A stretch of 64,000 nucleotides of DNA from a virus, in IMG/VR virus record IMGVR_UViG_3300032245_001127; one strand, written 5' to 3'. This document shows positions 8,969-18,493 of the stretch, in pieces. The position numbers were made by a program, and so were the translations under genes. The notes under the pieces are model-generated. The model did no database searches, was not told the origin of the DNA, and worked only from the letters and a program-made list of their open reading frames with translations. Each line of letters begins with the position of its first letter. The first letter of the stretch is position 1.

Positions 8969-9307
8969 TTATCTATTTGAACGATCAAATGCAGTATATA
9001 CTATGCAACTTTCACCATCTGGAACAGAAATTACTGAAAGAATGCTCTCTTTTCCATTGATTGTTTTTGTAAAATGTGAAACCAAAAAGATAGAGTTGCC
9101 TTTTGGATTTGCATCTTGTTTTCCAATATATGCGTACTTTTCTTTCCAACCTTGTGATATTATATGGTCATAAAGTTTTGTTGTTGGAGCACATATTGCA
9201 GGAATCACATCAAAATAAAATTCTTCTGGTGCAATCTGTTTCTGTGCATATGAAGCACTATACGAAAATAAACTTAAAATACATAACAAAAGAAGCAATT
9301 TACGCAT
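8969..9307 (-). CDS. secreted/periplasmic hypothetical protein
   Basis: Sec-type signal peptide MRKLLLLLCILSLFSYSASYA; two Cys in the mature part. Confidence 0.75.
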   Translation of the reverse strand: MRKLLLLLCILSLFSYSASYAQKQIAPEEFYFDVIPAICAPTTKLYDHIISQGWKEKYAYIGKQDANPKGNSIFLVSHFTKTINGKESILSVISVPDGESCIVYTAFDRSNR

Positions 9308-9324
9308 TCTTTTTTCTTTCTTTT

Positions 9325-9885
9325 TTAGTATGATGTCGTAGAATTTGGTGAAGAAATAGTGTAATAAGAATATCTAAAAGTACAAGTTGATTTCACATAT
9401 GTCACGTCACTTACTGACGCATCGAAGTTAATAGCATTAATTGAAGTCGGAAAACAATCTTTAAAAGTTATAATTCGACTCGCTTGATTATTATTATTTA
9501 GTAAAGTAAGAGTTGCATCAGAATAGTTTTTAGCCAACTCAGAAATTAACGAATTATTTACATTTGAATCTACTGGTATATTCCCATATTGACTGTAATT
9601 TTTTGGTTTTCCGAGAGCAACCAACCATTTATATAATATCATATAATTAGTCATATCTTCATCAACAATATATTCAAGATTTAATGATCCGTAAGTAAGA
9701 ATTTCTCCTGGAATATAAATTGGGCTTAAAGGTGTATTTTGAGTTGGTTCTCCTAATGTAATATCAGGAAGATTAATGCTTTGTACGAAATATGATATTC
9801 CTGTAATTTTTGAAAATCCAAATTTAAACCCATTTGGATTTAAAGGATTAATGTTTGTCGGTCGATTAGTTGAAGTATATGTCAT
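9325..9885 (-). CDS. gp3: tail completion / tube terminator
   Basis: NPLNPNGFKF, FVQSINLPDITLG, YIVDEDMTNY, FKDCFPTSI; position after gp23. Confidence 0.88.
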   Translation of the reverse strand: MTYTSTNRPTNINPLNPNGFKFGFSKITGISYFVQSINLPDITLGEPTQNTPLSPIYIPGEILTYGSLNLEYIVDEDMTNYMILYKWLVALGKPKNYSQYGNIPVDSNVNNSLISELAKNYSDATLTLLNNNNQASRIITFKDCFPTSINAINFDASVSDVTYVKSTCTFRYSYYTISSPNSTTSY

Positions 9886-9890
9886 AATAT

Positions 9891-9898
9891 TATTTAGG
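9891..9898 (-). promoter_or_regulatory. late promoter (gp55-type)
   Basis: CCTAAATA (T4 consensus TATAAATA), 5 nt before the gp3 ATG. Confidence 0.7.
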
Positions 9899-9899
9899 T

Positions 9900-9936
9900 A
9901 AAAAAAAAGGGGAGAACTTTTACATTCCCCCCTTTT
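9900..9936 (-). terminator. intrinsic terminator after the major capsid gene
   Basis: GGGGGGAAU-GUAAAA-GUUCUCCCC followed by U9, with a flanking A-tract. Confidence 0.9.
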
Positions 9937-9964
9937 AAATTGTGTACTATGTACTAATTTAATA

Positions 9965-11227
9965 TTACATTAAATTTGTAACAGCAACTTTTCTGTAGTA
10001 GTAGTTTTCACCAGCTACTAAGTTGCCTGTACCATCTAATTGTACGAAAGGATTTGACACCATTCCATATCTTGTTTTAAATCCAATTTTTGGTTGGAAA
10101 GTAGATGGGTCAACCGCACGCACTAATTGTAATGGGATGTACGGACAATAGAAGATACCAGCATCAAATGCTGAAGAACCTTTATATCCTACCACAAAAT
10201 ATTGTGTTGACACAGTATTTGCAGAATATGGATCTACGAACACTTTGTAACGTCCATTTAGAACACCAGCAAAAGTTGTAGATGCTTCATCCACGTTTAA
10301 ATTAGTTGAAAGAGCAGGAGCGTAATCTAATACACCAGCCATTGCTAATGCACTCGCAACGTCAGAAGATGTAATAATGAAATTACCTTTTCCTCTACGA
10401 GTTTGTTGAGCAACTGCGTTTGCTTCTCTTTCGATTTGGAATAATAAACCTTTGAACTTTTCAACAGACCAACGTCCATTAGAGTCTACGTCTAAGTCAA
10501 AAGTACCAGCAGTTGCAGTTCCAGTTTGAGCACCAGCTTTCGCAGATGAATAAACAGTTCTTACAACTTCTCTATTGATTTCAGCTAAGATCTCAGTAGA
10601 AAGAATATTTGATAATTCTCCCTCTGCATCTAAACCATGCACAGATTTAAGATCTTGTGCTAATTCAACAGTATACTCAGCTTTTAGAGCACGTGACTTA
10701 GCTGTTACTGAAGTTTTTTCGATAGAAAACGCCATTTGATTGAACGTTGAACCATCGCCTAATGTTTCAGCAGCAGTTGTCGACATACCAGTTCCTGTAG
10801 TATAAGAACCAGATGCTGGGTTTGAACCTGCATGTGTACCTGTACCAGAGAAGTCTGTGTCAGCTTCGTTGAACAATGCTTCAGTATTGTTCTGTGCTGT
10901 GTATCTGCTCTTCATAGCAAATATTAAGCCAGTTGGTTGAGTCATTGGTTGCACACCGCAAATGTCGTAAGCGATCATTTGTGGAGCAGCACGACGTACT
11001 AATGAAATTAATACTGGGTCGAATTTAGCAACACCACCAGTATCTGGCAATGCAGCTGCTGCGTTTGCATGCGTTTCAAAAAGTGCTGCTTTTTCTTCAT
11101 TAATAGAACGTTCTTGGTTCTCTAATAGAACAGCAGTTACTTCTTTACGATACGCATCTTTAATTGGAGCCACACCCTCGTGATTAAGGACAGGCGACCA
11201 TTTTTTTAAAAGATCTTTGCGATCCAT
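9965..11227 (-). CDS. gp23: major capsid protein
   Basis: VTAVLLENQE, FDPVLISLVRR, GVQPMTQPTGLIFAM, RALKAEYTVELAQDLK, YCPYIPL, FQPKIGFKTRYG; AGGAG RBS. Confidence 0.99.
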   Translation of the reverse strand: MDRKDLLKKWSPVLNHEGVAPIKDAYRKEVTAVLLENQERSINEEKAALFETHANAAAALPDTGGVAKFDPVLISLVRRAAPQMIAYDICGVQPMTQPTGLIFAMKSRYTAQNNTEALFNEADTDFSGTGTHAGSNPASGSYTTGTGMSTTAAETLGDGSTFNQMAFSIEKTSVTAKSRALKAEYTVELAQDLKSVHGLDAEGELSNILSTEILAEINREVVRTVYSSAKAGAQTGTATAGTFDLDVDSNGRWSVEKFKGLLFQIEREANAVAQQTRRGKGNFIITSSDVASALAMAGVLDYAPALSTNLNVDEASTTFAGVLNGRYKVFVDPYSANTVSTQYFVVGYKGSSAFDAGIFYCPYIPLQLVRAVDPSTFQPKIGFKTRYGMVSNPFVQLDGTGNLVAGENYYYRKVAVTNLM

Positions 11228-11253
11228 ATTTTTTCTCCTAGTTTATTATAAAT

Positions 11254-12591
11254 TTATAGTCTCTTTGCTCTTCTTAGCATATCTGCATAAGCTGCAATCT
11301 TTTTGTCAGTAATTTTTACTGACTCGTCAATTGCTACTGGAGCATCAGTTACTATATTATCAACAATTGTAGATTGTTGAGTTTGTGATGCATTACTTGC
11401 AATAATGCTAAAGTAATTATCACGGATTGTTTGTACTTTCTTAGCAAAAGAGTCAGAATCTTCAAAAGATAGTTCTTCAACTAAATTTTTAAGTTTTTCT
11501 GCATCAGTAGTAACTAAATCTTTTGTCGCTTTCTCAATAATTGATACTTTGCGCATCTCATTTAGAGACTTGTTTAGTTCTACATTTTTCGCTGTTTCAG
11601 CATTAAGTTTCTCATTCGTAGCATTTAGCGAATCTTGTAAATCGCCAAGTACATCAAATTTTTCATTTGGTACTTCGATATAATGCTCTTCGAATAAGTT
11701 TTTTAATCCGAATACGAAATTTTCTAAGATTTCCGATTTCATACCAGATTCAAGGGCTATCGCATTTTGTTCAATCCACTGCTCAATCACGTAATTGAGA
11801 TATCCATCAACTTTTTCAACAAGTCCCTCTTTGATTGCTTCAACATTTTTAGATGTTTCTGCAGTCAATTCGTTTCTAATTCGTGCAACTTCTGTTTTTA
11901 CACGATTAATAACAACGTTTTCGAATATTACTTTCGCTTTATTCTTAAACTCTTCTGATAAAGTTTCTCCGTTTAAAAGAGCAGCAACATCAGCAGAAAC
12001 GTCTACGTTAAAAGATTCAGCTTTTACTTCAGCAGCTTTTTTCTCTGCTGCAGCTTTTTCTTCTTCTTCACGTTTTTTCTTTTCTTCTTCTGTCTCTTCT
12101 TTCATTTTTACTTCGTCTGCTTCTTTTTCATCTTCGTCTTTTACTTCATCTTTTTTTTCGTTGTCATTCTCTGAACCCATAGATTCTTTTGTAGGTTCCT
12201 TAGAATTTTTTGCTTTTTCTTCTTCTTCTCTTTTTTTCTTTTCTTCTTCTGTTTCTTCTTTAACTGGTGAAGATGATTTTTCAGCTTCAGCTTTCGCTTT
12301 TGCTTCTTCTTCTTCACGTTTTTTCTTTTCTTCTTCAGTTTCTTCTTTTTTCATAATAGATTTTGCAATTTCATGTGCTTTATTGATAGTCGCTTTTTCT
12401 AATGGTGGAGTATCACCTGTAGATTTCATTGCTTGTGACATACCAATTGCATATGGATTTGCAACTACACTTGCTTCTTTTATTTCTGTTTTAGTTTCTG
12501 TTGTAGCAGAATTCTCTAGAGTGGATGCAATTTCTTTTGCTTTTCTTGACTCTGCAAGAAGTTCAGCTATTTTACTTTCAATTGATGACAT
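11254..12591 (-). CDS. gp22: prohead core scaffold protein
   Basis: LSEEFKNKAKVIFE, VDGYLNYVIEQW, GLKNLFEEHYIEVP; between gp21 and gp23. Confidence 0.95.
   Translation of the reverse strand: MSSIESKIAELLAESRKAKEIASTLENSATTETKTEIKEASVVANPYAIGMSQAMKSTGDTPPLEKATINKAHEIAKSIMKKEETEEEKKKREEEEAKAKAEAEKSSSPVKEETEEEKKKREEEEKAKNSKEPTKESMGSENDNEKKDEVKDEDEKEADEVKMKEETEEEKKKREEEEKAAAEKKAAEVKAESFNVDVSADVAALLNGETLSEEFKNKAKVIFENVVINRVKTEVARIRNELTAETSKNVEAIKEGLVEKVDGYLNYVIEQWIEQNAIALESGMKSEILENFVFGLKNLFEEHYIEVPNEKFDVLGDLQDSLNATNEKLNAETAKNVELNKSLNEMRKVSIIEKATKDLVTTDAEKLKNLVEELSFEDSDSFAKKVQTIRDNYFSIIASNASQTQQSTIVDNIVTDAPVAIDESVKITDKKIAAYADMLRRAKRL
12058..12348 (-). repeat. three copies of KEETEEEKKKREEEE inside gp22
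   Basis: 45-bp coding repeats at 12304-12348, 12217-12261 and 12058-12102. Confidence 0.9.
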
Positions 12592-12631
12592 TTTGTTTTT
12601 TCTCCTATTTAAATCCGAATGTTTTCATTGT

Positions 12632-12639
12632 TATTTATA
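12632..12639 (-). promoter_or_regulatory. late promoter for gp22-gp23
   Basis: Exact TATAAATA. Confidence 0.8.
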
Positions 12640-12640
12640 A

Positions 12641-13300
12641 TTATTTTATCTTTTCCAAAAACTTAGCAAATTGAATTGCTTGTGCTTCTGCGAGTGCTAT
12701 CTTACTTGTTTTCGCAATTTCTTTGCGAACTTGTTCGATATCTTTCTCGATAAACTTACCATCGACGAACATCCACTCTTTACCCTCCATCACACCACGA
12801 ACAAATGCGTCTGGTGCACTTGGATCAGCAACGATATCGCCTGCAGTTGCAAGCATAAAATCGTCTTGAACAAGTTGTGTTCCGTCGTTTCTTTGTCTCA
12901 ATGAACCCATCCCTCTAGATGACACACCGAGATTTGCTCCCTCGTCAATAAGACTTTTTACAATCTTACCATATGGTGTATCCATAATTTTTGCCTTGCC
13001 GACATAATTGTTGCCTTCAAGACGCAATTCTTTAATCATATGCGATACACGATCTAAATTGATCGTTGGTGAATCAGGATGTCCTAACTCTCCATACGCA
13101 CGATTTTTTTCAATATATTCTTTTGTATATCTTTCAACTTCTTTACTCATTACGTCCATTGGATATACACGACCATTACGATTCTTTATTTCTCCTTGTA
13201 GAAAAACTCCTTCAATAAAATAAGATTTTTCTTTTCCTACTTCATTTGGGCTTTCTACCAAGTATTTTACAGATTCATTATATTCTCTTATCAGCTTCAT
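12641..13300 (-). CDS. gp21: prohead protease
   Basis: KNRNGRVYP, GELGHP, GVSSRGMGSL, DIVADPSAPDA. Confidence 0.97.
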   Translation of the reverse strand: MKLIREYNESVKYLVESPNEVGKEKSYFIEGVFLQGEIKNRNGRVYPMDVMSKEVERYTKEYIEKNRAYGELGHPDSPTINLDRVSHMIKELRLEGNNYVGKAKIMDTPYGKIVKSLIDEGANLGVSSRGMGSLRQRNDGTQLVQDDFMLATAGDIVADPSAPDAFVRGVMEGKEWMFVDGKFIEKDIEQVRKEIAKTSKIALAEAQAIQFAKFLEKIK

Positions 13301-13301
13301 A

Positions 13302-13730
13302 TTAACTTCCTACTGCGTTGGTATCGTCATAGATACTAAATTGAGCAGTTTCTATTTTGCTTGTATATCCACTTGTTTTTCTTAGTGTTAAATATACATA
13401 AATTTCATCATTCATTGTCGCAACAATATCATAAGTGTTATTGATCGAGTCAACAAATCCTTCTCCTTCAAAAGAGAATTTTTGTGGTTGATCTCCTGGA
13501 CCACCAATAATTTTAACACTATTTCTTGTTAATGTAAAATTAGATCCATTTTGTCCAGTCCAATATACATTTACAATATTTACTGCTTGAGTTGCTCCAA
13601 GTTCTTCGCTACTTAATAAACAATCAGTTTGTAAGTCAATTGTCGCAGTTTGAGATGTTCCTGTATTGTTTGTAAGTTTAATTACAGTTTCATTTTTAGT
13701 ATTTTTTAATACTGTTTTTGTAATTGCCAT
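13302..13730 (-). CDS. hypothetical head-region protein (142 aa)
   Basis: Tightly tiled ORF in the head operon. Confidence 0.75.
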   Translation of the reverse strand: MAITKTVLKNTKNETVIKLTNNTGTSQTATIDLQTDCLLSSEELGATQAVNIVNVYWTGQNGSNFTLTRNSVKIIGGPGDQPQKFSFEGEGFVDSINNTYDIVATMNDEIYVYLTLRKTSGYTSKIETAQFSIYDDTNAVGS

Positions 13731-14279
13731 TTAAATTATTCCTCTTACGACACTCATAAAATTTGTTTTATTTTTACTCATAAACAATACTGTGTCAGGT
13801 TTATCCTTTAAAACATCAGCAAGCATTTCTTGCGTTTCAGTCGTTAAAGCGATTCTTGTATTATCTTCTAATACATATTCTAATTTATCATATAACGTAC
13901 TATTTTCTTTTTGCTTTAATTCTGTAATCACTGAATCAATAGTATATACTTCAGAGGAAGCTAAATTTTTATAACTTTCTAATAGAGTATCAGTAATTTT
14001 ATTCGTATTATGATATTTCTGTATAATCGTTATTAGTCTTTCGTCTGGTATAATGTTTTTTGTATTAATCGTATCTACAATATTATCAATATATGATCGA
14101 GTATAACTTATTGCTTCCTCTGAAGAACTGAAATTTTCATTCAGTTTTTCGTTATCTATACTCACATTAAATTCGTTATCTATTACAACCCTTTTTCCAT
14201 TATGAATAAAAGAAGTATGTATATTTGCTATTTCTTTTATACTTGTTTTAAAAGAATTATAATCCTTTTTCTGATTCAT
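13731..14279 (-). CDS. hypothetical prohead core-like protein (182 aa)
   Basis: Tiled ORF between portal and protease, where T4 has gp67/gp68. Confidence 0.7.
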   Translation of the reverse strand: MNQKKDYNSFKTSIKEIANIHTSFIHNGKRVVIDNEFNVSIDNEKLNENFSSSEEAISYTRSYIDNIVDTINTKNIIPDERLITIIQKYHNTNKITDTLLESYKNLASSEVYTIDSVITELKQKENSTLYDKLEYVLEDNTRIALTTETQEMLADVLKDKPDTVLFMSKNKTNFMSVVRGII

Positions 14280-14481
14280 TTTTAATCTCTGGCTCTAGCT
14301 TTTGTTCTGTCTTCTGTTCTGTTTCTGTTTCTGTTCTAAACATTGTAGCAGCAAGTTCTTGTCTCATACTATCTAATTTACTCGACACTTTATCTGCCAT
14401 CACAGAAGTAAATGCAGAATTTATATTTTCGCTTTTACCACTTTCAATTGAATCAATCAACTCTCTAATTTTGTTTGTCAT
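14257..14481 (-). CDS. small prohead core protein (gp67-like by position)
   Basis: Helical 74 aa with AFTSVMADKV..KLD; immediately after the portal gene. Confidence 0.7.
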   Translation of the reverse strand: MTNKIRELIDSIESGKSENINSAFTSVMADKVSSKLDSMRQELAATMFRTETETEQKTEQKLEPEIKNESEKGL

Positions 14482-16027
14482 TTATTATTTCATCCTCTGG
14501 TTCACTTGTTGCTTTTTCTAATTCTTGTGCATTTTTATCAGTTTCAGCTGTTTGTGCAGTTTGTAACTGATTAATCTTATCTTGTTCGTTACCAATTTCT
14601 TTATCATTTTTTTGTATATCGTCTTCAGTTTGACGTAATACGTTTTTACGAACCCAAGTAATTGAATAATATTTACCGATATATTGTTCAATCGAATTTA
14701 ACATATTAATTCGTTGAGATAATATTTCGTTTTCTTTTAATTCAGTAAAGAAATTATCTTTTAAATAATCAAAACGAATATCTTGAGCGAATTGATCCCA
14801 CTCAACATCTTTCATTATTCCTTTTAAAATTAATTGCACTCGCATTAAATTATAGAATAACGAACTAAATTTGCGTCTTAAACGATCAACAAATTTTTGA
14901 AAGTTTAATTCATCTCTTGTAATCTCACTTGAACGACCTAAATTAAATCCTGTGTCGCTTACTAATCTTGATATTGGCACGTTTAATGCTTGATACAATT
15001 TTCTTTGGAAATATTGTATATCAGCAATCTCACCTAAATTTTGACCACCTTGTAATGTAGTGATTTCAGTTCCTTTTCCACCCTCTCTTCTCGGCATCCA
15101 AAAGTCTTCCATCATACTTAAATGTTTACGATCGTCTCGTACTTCACCAGTAGTCGCATCATAAACAACTTTATTTCTAAATTTGTTCATAATGTCATTT
15201 ACATATTGTTCTGCTTTTATCTTAGGCAGATTTCCAACATCAATGTAAAAAATTCTTCTTTCGGGTGCACGTGATAATCGATATATCACGATTGCATCCT
15301 CTACCATTTTTAACTGATTTGTCGGTTTAATCGCTTTATGTAAATGCGATAAAGTCATCCCACTATTCAGATCAGTTAAACCTGACGGACAGAATACTAC
15401 TGAATCTAAACTAAGTTTAATTCCAGTCGCAAGACTGTCTGTAATTCCTTTGTCATTATAAATGTAATATTCTTCAATTTCTTTAACGACGTCTATGCCA
15501 CGATCGTTTTTTTCTTTTTTATAATTCTTTATTTTTCTTATCTTACGAGGATCTATAAATCTTAATTCTACAATTCCTTTTTTCGTATCTGCTGGGTCGA
15601 TGATTATATGATAGTATAATCTTCCGTCAACATACCACGTACGAAATATATCGTGTCCTCGTGCATCAAATTGCAATAATTTATATACATTATCAAATTC
15701 ATCACGAATCGCATCTTTAATTGTATCTGATGCTTTTAATTCATCTAATACTATATCTAGTGATGGGCGATCATCATCTGAGATAATTGATTCGTTAATA
15801 ATATTTTCAATTGCATTATCTGCATCTGGATAATGAGATATCTCACGATATCTTTTAATTAAATCATTTTCGCCTTTTATACTCGCATCTAGATCAAGTG
15901 TAACTCCATAATAAGCAGAAGCATCAGCAACTACTGTACTTCCATCTACATTTGAAGGAGTAACAACCGAAGGAATTTCTTTCTTCGGCTGTTTTCTCTT
16001 AATCTCAAAACCAAATAATTCTGCCAT
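14465..16027 (-). CDS. gp20: portal protein
   Basis: FRTWYVDGRLYYH, IYRLSRAPERRIFYIDVGNLPK, EDFWMPRREGGKGTEITTL. Confidence 0.99.
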   Translation of the reverse strand: MAELFGFEIKRKQPKKEIPSVVTPSNVDGSTVVADASAYYGVTLDLDASIKGENDLIKRYREISHYPDADNAIENIINESIISDDDRPSLDIVLDELKASDTIKDAIRDEFDNVYKLLQFDARGHDIFRTWYVDGRLYYHIIIDPADTKKGIVELRFIDPRKIRKIKNYKKEKNDRGIDVVKEIEEYYIYNDKGITDSLATGIKLSLDSVVFCPSGLTDLNSGMTLSHLHKAIKPTNQLKMVEDAIVIYRLSRAPERRIFYIDVGNLPKIKAEQYVNDIMNKFRNKVVYDATTGEVRDDRKHLSMMEDFWMPRREGGKGTEITTLQGGQNLGEIADIQYFQRKLYQALNVPISRLVSDTGFNLGRSSEITRDELNFQKFVDRLRRKFSSLFYNLMRVQLILKGIMKDVEWDQFAQDIRFDYLKDNFFTELKENEILSQRINMLNSIEQYIGKYYSITWVRKNVLRQTEDDIQKNDKEIGNEQDKINQLQTAQTAETDKNAQELEKATSEPEDEIINDKQN

Positions 16028-16040
16028 AATCTATATTTCT

Positions 16041-16062
16041 AACTCTCTAAATTTAGAAAGTT
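16041..16062 (-). other. stem-loop between gp19 and gp20
   Basis: AACUUUCUA-AAUU-UAGAGAGUU, 9-bp stem with one G-U pair, no U-tract. Confidence 0.45.
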
Positions 16063-16068
16063 TGTTAA

Positions 16069-16662
16069 TTATATTTTAATCGGGAACGATCCAACTGGTG
16101 TATCAATTGAAACATTAACTCCAATACCATCACGTGTAGCTGTATCACTATCAAAGTAATTAAATTGAAACTCTACATCAAATGTTTCGATTGCATTTGT
16201 TGTATCGTAATCTAATGTAACTGCACCAATAGAGATTGGATATGCATCTACAAATCTGTAAGATTTTACGATTGCACCAGAACGATCTAATTGACGAACA
16301 TTTAGATCAGTTTGATAATCTCTTGGATTTACTCGTCCATTTGTTGTTTGATAATTTTGTATTCCATTTGACCAACGTTCCATCGCATTTCTTATATTGA
16401 AATTAGTGTCGTTGTAAATAGATACTGTCCATGTAGTAAATGTTCTTTCTCCTGCAAAATTAACTGCACGACCTCTATATTGAACAGGGATGTTCTCAAT
16501 AGTGCTCGCTGGTAATTGTGCTGCTTTGCAAAGGAATTGTCCTTGTGCACTTGCAACTAAACCTGCAATCACGTAGCTAGGAAAAGTTAATTCTACACGA
16601 AACTGATTCGGACGTGCTCCACCTCCGAACATTTGCGCTTTAAAATCTGCTATATCAGCCAT
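16069..16662 (-). CDS. gp19: tail tube protein
   Basis: GGARPNQFRV, FLCKAAQLPAS, AGERTF..W.VSIYND, QLDR. Confidence 0.96.
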   Translation of the reverse strand: MADIADFKAQMFGGGARPNQFRVELTFPSYVIAGLVASAQGQFLCKAAQLPASTIENIPVQYRGRAVNFAGERTFTTWTVSIYNDTNFNIRNAMERWSNGIQNYQTTNGRVNPRDYQTDLNVRQLDRSGAIVKSYRFVDAYPISIGAVTLDYDTTNAIETFDVEFQFNYFDSDTATRDGIGVNVSIDTPVGSFPIKI

Positions 16663-16681
16663 TGTGTTTTTCTCCTTTAAT

Positions 16682-16689
16682 TATTTAGC
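16682..16689 (-). promoter_or_regulatory. late promoter for gp19
   Basis: GCTAAATA overlapping the gp18 stop, upstream of AGGAG. Confidence 0.6.
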
Positions 16690-18397
16690 CACCGATTTCA
16701 CTAAAATTAACACTTGATCTTGCTGCAACAAATGTTAAATTAATGAAGTTGATTGAGCGATTAGGTTTAATGAATATACTCGCAACAAATTCGTTACGAT
16801 CTATTACATCAGCAGTGTTGTTTGTTTCGTCGCACACTACTCTAAAATCAGTTATTCCACGACGACCTTGTATATCTCTTAAGAAAGGTTCAACCTGATT
16901 CTTAAATTGAGCTCTTGTAAATGAATCGTTGAATTCAAATAATTGTGCTTTTGCAGCAATCGCAATCGCTTTTTCAAGAACAATAAACAATCTTCTTACG
17001 TTAATACGATCGAAAGCACTTGGTGCTGACAATAAAGTTTTATCGCCGAATAATTGAGTTCCTTGTCCAGGAAAAGTTACAACTGGATTAATTCCTGCTT
17101 GATATAATGTGTCGCGTTGTGTTTTATTTGGAGATAATCCAAGTTTAACAACGTTTTTAATTTGACCACGATTTGTTCCAGCTGGAGAATACCATGGATC
17201 TTGTGCATAGTCTGTTCTTGCACATAATCCAGCGATATCACCATTTAATGGAACATAACGATATTTGTCGTTATAACGATCATATTGATACTTAGATCCT
17301 GTATCTAATACTGCATATGATGTTGATGGTAAAGAATTACGATATGTTTTAATATCTGCCACAGCTGTTGCAGAATCAGATGTAATAATTCCACCAGTAG
17401 ATGTTTCTGGAGAAATTAAAGCAATACAATCTTTTCTTACTTCTGTAACGTTATTAATTACATAAGTTGATGTTGCTGCTGTCGCTTTTCCTAATAATAC
17501 TAAACTAATATCATATAATTCATCGTTTGCAAATAAAGAATATGCAGTTTGAATGTTTCCTGCAGATACTCCAGCATAATCATCTACACCACCAGTAAGT
17601 GAAGCATTTGTTGCTGCTGTAATATCTTTAAATGCATTTCCTGCTCCAGTAGAACCCCATGCAACAGCATTCGGATTCGCAACGTTGTTTACTTCAGCAG
17701 ATTGAGTTGGATGATCCATCCACCATAAATATTCTGAGTTTGAATTGATTACGTCTTTGTAATAATTGTTTGATCCGTCAAATTTCTTAGCATCTCTTGC
17801 TTTTGAAACGTGAGCAAATTTTTCTAATACAGTTCCTGCAGTTCCTGTGAACGCACCATCTTCATCAACTACGATAATATGAACTTCATCGTTTGATGCA
17901 TTTTGGTTAGTTGCCCAAGCTGACGTATCTGGAGATCTTTCAAATTGAGCTTCATATGCCCAACCTGTAAATGTTGATTTATCTGCCATTGATACTTTTA
18001 ACGAGTTACCAAGTGAACCAGCCCATTTAGCTGCAAATTCTCCTACAGTACCTTGTCCGTCTGCATATGTACTTAAATATGTACTTGCGTTTTTAATTTT
18101 TACTGCTGTTCCTGACACTACTGCGTTTTTGTCAGTTGAACCATTCCCACGAACTACTAATAGATTATTTGCATAAGCTAAAAAATTTGCTGCTGTGAAA
18201 AACGATTCGAAATTATTATCGTTTGGTTGTCCGAAACGATCTACTAATTCTACTTCTGAAGCTATTTGTACAGGGTCTTCAATCGGTCCCCATGCGAATT
18301 TGCCAGCAAATGCACCTGCGCTTGTTGCAACATTTGGTACAATTGTTGAAAAATCCTTCTCCGTTACAATTACTCCAGGACTAAGTTGGAATGCCAT
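16685..18397 (-). CDS. gp18: tail sheath protein
   Basis: QLSPGV...EKD, FAWGP, PWYSPAG.NRG, FGDKT, FDRINVRRLF. Confidence 0.98.
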   Translation of the reverse strand: MAFQLSPGVIVTEKDFSTIVPNVATSAGAFAGKFAWGPIEDPVQIASEVELVDRFGQPNDNNFESFFTAANFLAYANNLLVVRGNGSTDKNAVVSGTAVKIKNASTYLSTYADGQGTVGEFAAKWAGSLGNSLKVSMADKSTFTGWAYEAQFERSPDTSAWATNQNASNDEVHIIVVDEDGAFTGTAGTVLEKFAHVSKARDAKKFDGSNNYYKDVINSNSEYLWWMDHPTQSAEVNNVANPNAVAWGSTGAGNAFKDITAATNASLTGGVDDYAGVSAGNIQTAYSLFANDELYDISLVLLGKATAATSTYVINNVTEVRKDCIALISPETSTGGIITSDSATAVADIKTYRNSLPSTSYAVLDTGSKYQYDRYNDKYRYVPLNGDIAGLCARTDYAQDPWYSPAGTNRGQIKNVVKLGLSPNKTQRDTLYQAGINPVVTFPGQGTQLFGDKTLLSAPSAFDRINVRRLFIVLEKAIAIAAKAQLFEFNDSFTRAQFKNQVEPFLRDIQGRRGITDFRVVCDETNNTADVIDRNEFVASIFIKPNRSINFINLTFVAARSSVNFSEIGG

Positions 18398-18468
18398 TTT
18401 TAATTCTCCTCTTTATATTACATGGATTATGATGGTGCCTTGAGTTAAAAGCACTCTTCATACGTTGT

Positions 18469-18476
18469 TATTTATT
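18469..18476 (-). promoter_or_regulatory. late promoter for gp18
   Basis: AATAAATA in the gp17-gp18 gap. Confidence 0.55.
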
Positions 18477-18493
18477 CTTTTAAGTATTTCACT

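Noticed and set aside
11795-12640. 281-aa plus-strand ORF (Ser/Phe-rich)
   Set aside because: Antisense shadow of the Glu/Lys-rich gp22 gene; no RBS or protein-like features.
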